Source: Candidatus Palauibacter ramosifaciens
GTDB taxonomy: Bacteria; Gemmatimonadota; Gemmatimonadetes; Palauibacterales; Palauibacteraceae
Direction of reading: 5' to 3'
Assembly: GCA_009845855.1 (NCBI GenBank)
Contig: VXYT01000105.1
Coordinates: forward strand, 944 to 64,943
DNA length: 64,000 nucleotides
This document shows positions 19,791-27,968 of this stretch, in pieces. Below the pieces are notes generated by a model that did no database searches, was not told the origin of the DNA, and saw only the letters and a program-made list of their open reading frames with translations. Numbering within the stretch: the first letter of the stretch is position 1; each line of letters opens with the position of its first letter. The translations under genes were made by a program, and so were the position numbers.

Positions 19791-20462
19791 TCACTGGGCG
19801 GCAGCCGGCGCCTGGCTGGCCTGCCAGGCGTCGAAGTCCGCCGCGCTGTGCACGGTCACGCTCGCCATCATGTAGTAGTGGCCGAGGCCACACAGTTCGG
19901 CGCACGCGATCTCGAAGTTCCCGGTCTGGGTCGCGTCGAACCACACCGGGATGGTCATGCCCGGCACCGCATCCTGCTTCACGCGCAGTTCGGGGATGAA
20001 GAAGGAATGGATCACGTCTTCGGACTCGAGCAGGATCGTGATGTCCTCGTTCACCGGGAAGTGGAACTGGTTCCGGACGGTGAAGTCGTCCGCCGTTCCC
20101 AGCGTCTCGTCGACTCCGGGATAAGTGATGTTCCACTCGAACTGCTTGCCGACGACGAGGAACTCGAGCGCGTCCGCGGGGCGGTTGGAGCTTCCCTTGA
20201 TGTCGTCCCAGACGAGGGCCGAGTAGGCGCCGAGGACCGCGATGATGATCGCGGGGATCACCGTCCAGATGATCTCCAGCCGGTTCGATCCATGGGTGTA
20301 GTGCGCCTTCGCTCCTTCACGCCCGCGATACTTGAGGCAGAACCAGAGAATCCCGCCCTCCACGAGGAGGAAGGCAATGCCGGTGATGACGAGAATGATC
20401 CAGAACAGCTGGTCGATCACGACGCCGAATGTCGAGTAGTTCGGGGGCAGCGCCCAATCCAC
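19791..20462 (-). CDS. coxB: cytochrome c oxidase subunit II (CuA, no cytochrome c domain)
   Basis: Two N-terminal TM helices; CuA motif CAELCGLGHYYM; no CxxCH present. Confidence 0.9.
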   Translation of the reverse strand: MDWALPPNYSTFGVVIDQLFWIILVITGIAFLLVEGGILWFCLKYRGREGAKAHYTHGSNRLEIIWTVIPAIIIAVLGAYSALVWDDIKGSSNRPADALEFLVVGKQFEWNITYPGVDETLGTADDFTVRNQFHFPVNEDITILLESEDVIHSFFIPELRVKQDAVPGMTIPVWFDATQTGNFEIACAELCGLGHYYMMASVTVHSAADFDAWQASQAPAAAQ

Positions 20463-20552
20463 GAGCGATCTCCTTCCAGGTGAGCCCTTCGGGTGAACGG
20501 GAACGCGAGCGGGACCGGGCGGCCGCTCCGGCCGCCCGGTCCCGCCCCGGAG

Positions 20553-21413
20553 TTACTGGGTGCGCTCCACCCGAATGCGGTTCGTGCCGTGCTCGAGGAC
20601 GAGCGCGTCGCCCATGGGGACGTCGGCGCCCATCATCTCGCCGCTGTAGTCGAACGAGGCCATGGCCGTCCCGCCCGCAGTGACGGTCACGCTCGCCGTC
20701 ATGGTGCCGAACTCCTCGTGCCACGCCGTCATCGTGTAATCGCCGGCCGGCACGTTGGCGATCGAGTAGCTCCCGTCGGCGCCCGTCACCGCGAAGTACG
20801 GGTGGTCGACGACACCGATGTACGCCTGCATCCAGCCGTGCACGTCGCAGCGCACCGGCACCATCACCTCTGCCACCTGGAAGCGCTGCGTGCTCGTGAT
20901 CCCCGCCCGCGGCTGGCTGATGTTGAAGCCACGGTTCTCGGTCGGGGTGGCGTTGATGTTGTGGAGCAGGTTGTCGCTGTTCGAGATCTCGATGTCCTGA
21001 CCACTCTGCACGCCGAGCACGTGCGGCGTGTAGCGGCAGTTCACCTGGTCGAGTTCCGCGGCGCCGGACGCCGCCGGCGCGCCGGAGACGCCCTCGCTCA
21101 GGTAGACGAACACGTTGGCGAGGCCGCCGTTGGACACGAGGACGTTCTGGGCCATGGGCCCGTCCGCGCCGTAGCCGGCGGCGCAATCCGCCTCGGCCGA
21201 CATGTCGATGGCCTCCATCGTCGGGACCATCCCGCCGAAGTTGGCCATACCCGAGATCGTCCCCACCGTGGACGGATCCACCGCAGCGGCAGCCGGCGCC
21301 GCCTCGCCGGCGTCGTCCGCCGCACCTTCGGACGATCCGCCACCGCCGCCACAGGCGGCCATCGCCACGACGGCCAGCAGGGCGGCCGAGCGGTTCCAGA
21401 AATGCGATCGCAT
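20553..21413 (-). CDS. cupredoxin-like lipoprotein with C-terminal carboxypeptidase-regulatory-like beta-sandwich
   Basis: Lipobox AMAAC. Type-1 copper-like ligand pattern H(TPHVLG)...C-D-V-H-G-W-M (C-x2-H-x2-M, amicyanin spacing). C-terminal GADGSYSIANVPAGDYTMTA motif. Only the last 286 aa of ORF 20553..22922 are credible. Confidence 0.55.
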   Translation of the reverse strand: MRSHFWNRSAALLAVVAMAACGGGGGSSEGAADDAGEAAPAAAAVDPSTVGTISGMANFGGMVPTMEAIDMSAEADCAAGYGADGPMAQNVLVSNGGLANVFVYLSEGVSGAPAASGAAELDQVNCRYTPHVLGVQSGQDIEISNSDNLLHNINATPTENRGFNISQPRAGITSTQRFQVAEVMVPVRCDVHGWMQAYIGVVDHPYFAVTGADGSYSIANVPAGDYTMTAWHEEFGTMTASVTVTAGGTAMASFDYSGEMMGADVPMGDALVLEHGTNRIRVERTQ

Positions 21414-21475
21414 TGACTTACCTCCGTACCAGAAGCTGTTGCGCAAATGGCTGTTGAGAGCCCTTCCCCGTTGCT

Positions 21476-23038
21476 TCATCCATCCCTCCGACGGTCCTGG
21501 GCCCGGCGCACGAGAACGAGACCGAAGGCCCCCGTCAAGAGCATGGCCAGCAGGGGCGTCACGACGACCGTGCTGGATGCCGGAGGTTCGAGCAGAATGT
21601 AGTACCACGTGCTTACGGAACTGCGCTTTCCGACCTCGGCGCTGGACCCGTCCCACGCCTGGAACGCGATGGGCGTCGGGGTGCCCTCGGCGAAGTCCAG
21701 GCCGTCGCTTTCGATTTCGATCGAGCGGCGGAGGTAGAGCGTCCAGCGCCCCTCCTCCCACGTCGCCTCTCCGGCTACCGGGTCCTCCGCGAGCGGTTCG
21801 ACGGAGTCGAGGCCGCGGCCGCGCCCCGCTCCGACGCCGGTCTCCGAATCCCACGTCCACAGGTAGACCGGCTCGCGGGCGTCGCCCATCAGGAAGTACG
21901 GCCTGTCCGTGCCCTCCGGCGGTTCGAAGGGGAACTGCAGGAGCACCGCGTCCGGGGGCCGCGAGGTCGGCGCGCCGACGCTGTCGAGCGCGATGGGTTC
22001 CGCGCCGTCCAGGTCGAGCGCGGTCGTGATCTTGTTCTGCCACTCGTCCCAGTTCGGGTCCGGGCTGTTCGATGGGTCGTTCCACTGCACGCGCAGGGCG
22101 ATGTCGTTTCCATCGTGGAGCCCCTGCACCCAGAGCCCGTCGACCGCCGGCGCGAAGTTGCGCGGCAGCTGCACGACCTGGCCGGACAGCGGGAAGTAGA
22201 AGGCCTCGACGCCCGCCCAGGCCTCCTCGCCGCCGTCGGCCGGGAGCCCGCCCTCGGCGCGTCCCACGCGGATCACGTCGCGTAGCGGCGGCATCTCGCG
22301 CGGCCCCAGCGAGGCGAGGTAGTGCGCCAGTTGCCAGACCTCGTCGGGCGAGACGACGCCCGAGTTCATGGCGTCGATGGCCGACGGCATCGGCGTGCCG
22401 TCCAGTCCGGTCAGCATGCGGGTATGCATGTCCTCGACGCTGCTGCCGCCGTTCAGGACCCATGCCTCCGTGAGGTCGGCGGCGCGAATGGGGAGGCCGC
22501 GCCAGTCCTCCAGCGTCGGCGCCGAAGTCCCGTCGCCGCGCCCCGAGAGGCCGTGGCACTCCTCGCACAGCATCGTCAGGTACGCCGCCGCCCCTGCCTC
22601 GACCGCGGCGGGACCGCCGCCGGGATCGGAGCCGAAGTCCAGCGGCTCCGGGGCCGGACCCTGGCCGAAGAACCTCGAGAAGCTCTTCAGGTAGACGATG
22701 AGGTCGTCGATCTCCCCGTCCGTGAGGTTGGGCCAGCCCGGCATCGTCGTACCCGGGAGCCCGTTCTCGATCGCGAACCGGATGTCCGCGTCCGTGGGGA
22801 GCTGCCCGCTCCCGGTCGTCCGGATCTGGTAGAGCGCCTGCGTGAAATCGCGCGGCCGCGGCAGCATCGACGCGGCGGCCGAGCCATCCCCCTGCCCGGT
22901 TTCGCCGTGACACTCCGCGCACCAGCGATCGTACACGACCTTGCCCGCGGCGGCCGCGTCTTCCTGTCCCGCGAGTGCGGACGGCGTGCCCGCGAAGAGG
23001 ACGAGGAGCACGATTCCCGTTCCGCGCGGCGCCCTCAT
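21476..23038 (-). CDS. dihaem c-type cytochrome with large C-terminal domain and C-terminal TM anchor
   Basis: Signal peptide, CAECH and CEECH, then a ~250-aa W/D-rich domain and a TM helix at the extreme C-terminus. Confidence 0.65.
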   Translation of the reverse strand: MRAPRGTGIVLLVLFAGTPSALAGQEDAAAAGKVVYDRWCAECHGETGQGDGSAAASMLPRPRDFTQALYQIRTTGSGQLPTDADIRFAIENGLPGTTMPGWPNLTDGEIDDLIVYLKSFSRFFGQGPAPEPLDFGSDPGGGPAAVEAGAAAYLTMLCEECHGLSGRGDGTSAPTLEDWRGLPIRAADLTEAWVLNGGSSVEDMHTRMLTGLDGTPMPSAIDAMNSGVVSPDEVWQLAHYLASLGPREMPPLRDVIRVGRAEGGLPADGGEEAWAGVEAFYFPLSGQVVQLPRNFAPAVDGLWVQGLHDGNDIALRVQWNDPSNSPDPNWDEWQNKITTALDLDGAEPIALDSVGAPTSRPPDAVLLQFPFEPPEGTDRPYFLMGDAREPVYLWTWDSETGVGAGRGRGLDSVEPLAEDPVAGEATWEEGRWTLYLRRSIEIESDGLDFAEGTPTPIAFQAWDGSSAEVGKRSSVSTWYYILLEPPASSTVVVTPLLAMLLTGAFGLVLVRRAQDRRRDG

Positions 23039-23826
23039 TCGTGCCCCCCTTCCTCTTCCCAGGTGCGCGGCGGGAACCCCGTCTGGTCGTAGAGATAGAG
23101 GATCACCGCCCAGATCTCGTCCTGTTCGAGGATCGTCTCCCAGGCCGGCATCGCCGAGTCCCACGGCGTCCCTTCGCGCGGAAGGCCGGGGCCGCCCTTG
23201 ACGATGCGCCAGAACACGTAGCTCTCCGTGAGCTGGGGCAGGTTGCCCGAACTCGTGAAGTCGGCGGGGACCGGGTTGAAGGCCGGCGCGTAGTGGCCCT
23301 GGCCGTCGAGCAGATCGCCGTGGCAGGGCACGCAGTTTCGCACGTAGATCCGTTTCCCGACCGCCAGGTGCTCCTCCATGGAGCCTTCCTCGCGCAGCGG
23401 ATTCTCGAGCCCCGTCAGCTCGATCGTCTCCCCGCGGAAGGTGAGCTGGTTCGGCGGCGCCGGGTGTACGGCCCGCAGCGTGGCCGGTGCGGCGTAGCTC
23501 GGCTTCACGCGCTCGTAGGCGAGCCAGCCGATGAGGACCGGGAAGGCGACCATGAGGATGCCGCGCACCGTCCGCCGGTCAGGCTGCACCATCGTCGCGC
23601 GGATCGGCTCGCGGAAGCGCTGCCACCGGTCCTCGTCCGCGCTCATGTAGAGGAGGACGCCGACGAGCACGATCAGCATGTACTCCACGATGACCGAACT
23701 CGGGACCGGCGCGCTCGCCACGCCGATCACCGGGAGGACGTAGCCGATCACGTACTCGAACGCGACGTAGGACGCCACGACGACGATCGCGCCCTGCCAG
23801 AACGGGTGGGACAGGTAACGTTTCAT
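23035..23826 (-). CDS. membrane-anchored monohaem cytochrome c
   Basis: Two N-terminal TM helices followed by a class I cytochrome c domain (CVPCH). ATGA overlap with the downstream gene. Confidence 0.65.
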   Translation of the reverse strand: MKRYLSHPFWQGAIVVVASYVAFEYVIGYVLPVIGVASAPVPSSVIVEYMLIVLVGVLLYMSADEDRWQRFREPIRATMVQPDRRTVRGILMVAFPVLIGWLAYERVKPSYAAPATLRAVHPAPPNQLTFRGETIELTGLENPLREEGSMEEHLAVGKRIYVRNCVPCHGDLLDGQGHYAPAFNPVPADFTSSGNLPQLTESYVFWRIVKGGPGLPREGTPWDSAMPAWETILEQDEIWAVILYLYDQTGFPPRTWEEEGGHE

Positions 23827-24659
23827 CGGCTACCTCCCACGCTGTCGGGCGGGACTTCCGCCGCATCGCCGGGAGCCTCCGCGCCGCCTCCCGCGCCTCC
23901 CACGAAGAAGTCCACCAGCACGTCGAGTTCCACCGGTGACATGAGATCGCCGAAGATCGTCGGCATCGTTCCGGCGAAGGTCGAGTATTCCTCGTTGATC
24001 GTCGCCATCGGATCCACGATCCCCTCGAGGACGAAAGCGGGATCCTGTCCCCGCAGTTCCTCGAAGGGGGGGGCGACCATGCCGCCCTCTCCGCCGAGCG
24101 CGTGGCAGGCGAGGCAACCCTGGGCCGTAATCAGCGCAACGGCGTCGACCTGGCTCAGGTCGGTGACGGCGACGGGCGGCGGTGCGGACGCGGCCGCGTC
24201 GTCGGCCGCCAGCGCCGCGGCGAAGTCGTCCGCGTTCACCGTGATCTCACCGCCTTGCGATTGCAGGAAGGCGACGAGCGTCCACAGCTCGGCCTGCGAT
24301 GAAACGATGCTCTGATCGATCATGATGGGGTCGAAGCCCTCCACGATGTAGGCCGTCGGGTTGACCAGAGATTCCCACAGATAGTCCTTGCAGCTTTGCC
24401 CCGGGACGCGCGTCGCGCACACGCCGCCCACCACCCCGAGGAGGTCCGGAGCGCGCGTTCCGAGCCCGTGGCACGCCGTGCAGCCGCCCGCCCCCGCGTA
24501 GATCTCCTCGCCGATCGCCGCCAGCTCCTCGGGCGGCATGTCCGCGTTGAGCACGATCTCCCGAGGGACCGCCGACTGCACCTGCGGAATCACGTTGGCC
24601 ACGAAGGTGAACACCGCCAGCGTCGCCACGACCGTGAACAGGATCTTCAGGTTCGTCAT
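23823..24659 (-). CDS. membrane-anchored dihaem cytochrome c (CcoP-like architecture)
   Basis: N-terminal TM, CTACH and CLACH haem sites separated by an Ala/Asp-rich linker. Confidence 0.7.
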   Translation of the reverse strand: MTNLKILFTVVATLAVFTFVANVIPQVQSAVPREIVLNADMPPEELAAIGEEIYAGAGGCTACHGLGTRAPDLLGVVGGVCATRVPGQSCKDYLWESLVNPTAYIVEGFDPIMIDQSIVSSQAELWTLVAFLQSQGGEITVNADDFAAALAADDAAASAPPPVAVTDLSQVDAVALITAQGCLACHALGGEGGMVAPPFEELRGQDPAFVLEGIVDPMATINEEYSTFAGTMPTIFGDLMSPVELDVLVDFFVGGAGGGAEAPGDAAEVPPDSVGGSR

Positions 24660-24738
24660 CTACTCTTCCCGTCCTCGCACCACGGTCCTCGAATCCCCGC
24701 TCCGGGCCATCGTCCGTCCCCGCTCCCGGTCATCGCCC

Positions 24739-26559
24739 CTAGTCCACGTCGCCCAGGGAGGGCGCCGGCATGGGGTCCCCGAGCGCGGCGCGCCCCTCCT
24801 GTCCAGCCTTCACCTTCGCCTCGGCTTCCTGGTACACGGAGCGTTCGGCCAGGCCACCGAGCCAGAAGATGAGGCCGACGAGCCCGAAGAAGATGAGCAC
24901 GCAGATGCTGATGATCGTCGCCGCCGGCCCGAGTGCCGGGGTGAACGCCTGCTCGCTCGTGTCCCGGATCACCTCATAGACGTGCCAGTGCTGCCGGATC
25001 CCGCTGCGCGCGAAGCCCATCAGCCCCATGAGCCACGTAAACGTGACCGCGAGGATGAGGAGCGCGTACTGGGACCGGTCCGGCATCCGCCCCCACCGGA
25101 TCTCGCCTCGGGATCTGGCGCCCCGCAGCATCGCCATGTCGATGCCGATGACGAACAGGATCGTCGCCAGGACCGCGAGCACCTGGTAGACGGAGAAGCC
25201 GATCCGCACGATCGCCGTCACGAAATAGCCGTACACGCCGTAGAACACGACGATGACGGCGCACAGCGCGAAGGCCGCCCCCTGCAGCATGGTCCCCGCG
25301 CGCGCCCACGGCACCACGGGATCCTTGTTCGCCCTCCGGTACATGAGGAAGGAGAGGAACGTCGTCAGGATCATCAGGTTGACGGCCGTGTTCTTCGCGC
25401 TCATCACGCCGAGCACCTGCAGGAACGGGTGCCGGATCCCTCCCATGGCCGCGATCTCGTCCCGGTCCGCAATCATCGTATTCGGCGTGGCCCACACGAT
25501 GACCCCGAGCACGAGCACGAGCAGCATCCACTTGATGTAGGGCTGAAACCGTTCCGCCCCGGGAATCCGCCCCATCCCGATCCAAAGATAGTAGTTGCCC
25601 GCGAGGAAGAGGATGCCGATGAGGAAGGCCTGGATGATCCAGAGCCAACTCATGAAGCCGCCCATCATCGTGATGCCCATCTGCTGGCTGAACTCGTAGA
25701 TCTCCCGTCCGAGCCAGTAGCCGGCGAAGGGGAGGACGATGAGCGCGCCGATCGCGATCAGGTTGCCGGTGTAGCCCATCCAGTCGTAGTGGGCGCGTTC
25801 CTCATCCGTCTTGCTCGTGAGGAAGCGGTACGCCGCGTAGGCGCCGACGATGGCGCCGCCGAACACCACGTTCGCCAGCAGCCGGTGGATGTTGATCGGC
25901 ATCCAGGTCGCGTTGTTGATGGCGCTCCACAGCTGGACGGTCTGCGGGGCCGTATCCGCCGTGAGTCCCTCCGGCGGGCTCATCATGTAGGTGAGCCAGC
26001 CGTTCGCGATGAACATGACGATCGTGCCCCAGACGTTGAGCATGATCCCCAGGCACCAGTGGGCCTTCTTCGCCGCGCCCTTCTTCCACGCGTCCCACCC
26101 GTAGTAGTAGAGGTAGAGCGTGAAGGATTCGAGGAAGAAGAGGCCCGCGTACACCCACATCGACGGAGCGAAGATCGCCGTAAGATACGCCCAGAAGCGC
26201 GGGTAGAGCGTCGAGAGGAAGAAGACGAGGATCGCGCCCCAGATCGCGGTCGCGCTGTAGGCCACGAGGAGGAGGCGGGTGAATTCCTTCGCGAGCTTGT
26301 CGTACTTCTCGTCCCCCCCGAACATCCCGATCGCCTCGATGACGACGGCGAACATGGGCACGCCGAGCACGAAGGCGGCAAACAGCAGGTGGAGCTGGGC
26401 CGCGATCCAGACCGCGCCGCGGCGGTCGAGCCCGAGGAAGTTGAACTCTCCGTAGTCGGGTCCCGGCGCTTGCGCGAGGAGCGGGAGGGCGACCGCCAGG
26501 ACGAGGACGGCGAGCAGTACGCCGCGGGTCGCGACGCCACGGGTAATCCAGCGCTTCAT
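24739..26559 (-). CDS. cytochrome bd-type oxidase subunit I (CydA) homologue, stand-alone (no CydB)
   Basis: Helix-1 motif RGAVWIAAQLHLLF. GLFFLESFTLYLYYYGWD and KAHWCLGIMLNVWGTIVMFIANGW closely match the CydA FFLES...GWD...ANGW region. 606 aa with an extra N-terminal helix. Only the last 606 aa of ORF 24739..27192 are credible. Confidence 0.75.
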   Translation of the reverse strand: MKRWITRGVATRGVLLAVLVLAVALPLLAQAPGPDYGEFNFLGLDRRGAVWIAAQLHLLFAAFVLGVPMFAVVIEAIGMFGGDEKYDKLAKEFTRLLLVAYSATAIWGAILVFFLSTLYPRFWAYLTAIFAPSMWVYAGLFFLESFTLYLYYYGWDAWKKGAAKKAHWCLGIMLNVWGTIVMFIANGWLTYMMSPPEGLTADTAPQTVQLWSAINNATWMPINIHRLLANVVFGGAIVGAYAAYRFLTSKTDEERAHYDWMGYTGNLIAIGALIVLPFAGYWLGREIYEFSQQMGITMMGGFMSWLWIIQAFLIGILFLAGNYYLWIGMGRIPGAERFQPYIKWMLLVLVLGVIVWATPNTMIADRDEIAAMGGIRHPFLQVLGVMSAKNTAVNLMILTTFLSFLMYRRANKDPVVPWARAGTMLQGAAFALCAVIVVFYGVYGYFVTAIVRIGFSVYQVLAVLATILFVIGIDMAMLRGARSRGEIRWGRMPDRSQYALLILAVTFTWLMGLMGFARSGIRQHWHVYEVIRDTSEQAFTPALGPAATIISICVLIFFGLVGLIFWLGGLAERSVYQEAEAKVKAGQEGRAALGDPMPAPSLGDVD

Positions 26560-27968
26560 CGCTTTTCCCCCCGTCCCGCGCTCCGCCGACTGCGGGCGAA
26601 GAAGGGTATCCGTTTCGAGAAGTCCACCGGCATGGCCCGGCGGACCTCGGTCATCACGTCGACCGTCACCTCTGCGTGCCCGCGCTCGCGCGCGAACTTC
26701 TCCACACGTTCCGAAACCACGCCGCGCACGAAGCTGGGAATGGCGTTCAGCCGGGTGGCGGCCTCGGCGCTCCACGGCAGCTCCCGCTCGACCGCCGAGC
26801 CGTAGGTGACCGGCTGCCGCGGCTCGATCGCGGGCGCGATGCCGGGTGCCGGCTCGTAGGCGCAGGAAGAATCGGGACCGAGCAGGTCTCCGTCCACCGC
26901 GTAGGCGCGGGCGCGGCAGCCGCCGCACAGGGCGCGGTACTCGCAGCGCCCGCACTTGCCGCCCGGTTCGCCCTCGCGCAGCAGGCGGAAGACGGTCGCC
27001 TCGCGCCAGATCTCGCCGAAGGACGCCTCGGCGAGGTCGCCGGCCACCTCCGGCATGTACGGGCACGGCGTCACCTTGCCCTCGGGCGTGATGCGGCAGT
27101 ACTGGACGCCGCAGGGGCAGCGCGTCCGGTAGTTCAGGAGCGGCGAGTCCGGGTCCCGTTCGTACACGTGCCGCATGAGTTGCGGCTGGCACTTGGAGCG
27201 GATCATCAGCCGCCCGCGGTAGTCTCGCTGGAGTTCGGCCAGCCGGGCCACGATCTCGTCGTTCTCCTCGGGGGCGAGTCCGCGCATTCCCTCTCCCCTG
27301 CCCGTCTCGACGAGGAAGTAGACGTTGAGGCAGACCGCGCCCTTCGCGTCCGCCCAGGCGGCGATCGCATCGAGTTCGTCCCGGTTCCCGCGCGTGACGG
27401 TGAACTGGATGAGGAAGTCGAGCCGGTGCTCGGCCAGCCGATCGACCGCGGCGAGTGTGTCCTCGAGCGCGCCCTCGCCGTGCCGGAAGCGGTCGTGATA
27501 GCGCGAGTCGAGGGAGTCGACGCTGAGGGCAACGCCCTGCACGCCGGCCGCCTTGAGCGAGGCGATGCGTTCATCGGTGAGCCCGGTGCCGTTCGTGCCC
27601 ACGGTCACTGTGGCGCCGCGCTCGGCGGCGTAGGCGGCGATCTCCTCGAGGTCGGAGCGCACGAGCGGCTCCCCCCCGCTGAGGATGAGGAGCGGCGACG
27701 GACTCGTTTCGAGGATCTGGTCGATGACGCGGAAGCAGGCCGCGGTATCGAGTTCGTCCCCGTCCGCGTGCCACGATCCGGCGGAGATGTAGCAGTGCGC
27801 GCAGGCGAGGTTGCAGCGGCGCGTAAGGTTCCAGGCGACCACGTGCGGGATCGCGACATCGGGTTCGGCCCGCGGAGACCCGGCGGCGGAGGCGCCGTCC
27901 CAGAGCGAACCGGGCACGGCCGGGCTCCGGTTCGCGACGGCTTCCGCGGCCAGCGGGGCCCCGGTCAC
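26556..27968 (-). CDS. radical SAM/SPASM-domain enzyme with C-terminal PCP_red-like module
   Basis: CNLACAHCY radical-SAM cluster motif; Cys-rich SPASM/twitch region (CPCG...CGRCEYRALCGGC). C-terminal LPWSAEAATRLNAIPSFVRGVVSERVEKFARERGHAEVTVDVMTEVRRA. GTG start overlaps the upstream TGA; stop overlaps the cydA-like ATG. Confidence 0.75.
   Translation of the reverse strand: MTGAPLAAEAVANRSPAVPGSLWDGASAAGSPRAEPDVAIPHVVAWNLTRRCNLACAHCYISAGSWHADGDELDTAACFRVIDQILETSPSPLLILSGGEPLVRSDLEEIAAYAAERGATVTVGTNGTGLTDERIASLKAAGVQGVALSVDSLDSRYHDRFRHGEGALEDTLAAVDRLAEHRLDFLIQFTVTRGNRDELDAIAAWADAKGAVCLNVYFLVETGRGEGMRGLAPEENDEIVARLAELQRDYRGRLMIRSKCQPQLMRHVYERDPDSPLLNYRTRCPCGVQYCRITPEGKVTPCPYMPEVAGDLAEASFGEIWREATVFRLLREGEPGGKCGRCEYRALCGGCRARAYAVDGDLLGPDSSCAYEPAPGIAPAIEPRQPVTYGSAVERELPWSAEAATRLNAIPSFVRGVVSERVEKFARERGHAEVTVDVMTEVRRAMPVDFSKRIPFFARSRRSAGRGEKR

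Noticed and set aside
20553-22922. 789-aa ORF apparently fusing the cupredoxin lipoprotein with upstream sequence. The same applies to 24739..27192, 40189..42141, 42661..44481, 14194..15591, 15805..16602 and 8522..9880.
   Set aside because: The N-terminal extensions run through the neighbouring upstream gene in a different frame and are low-complexity. True starts were placed at signal peptides or at GTG/ATG overlapping the upstream stop.
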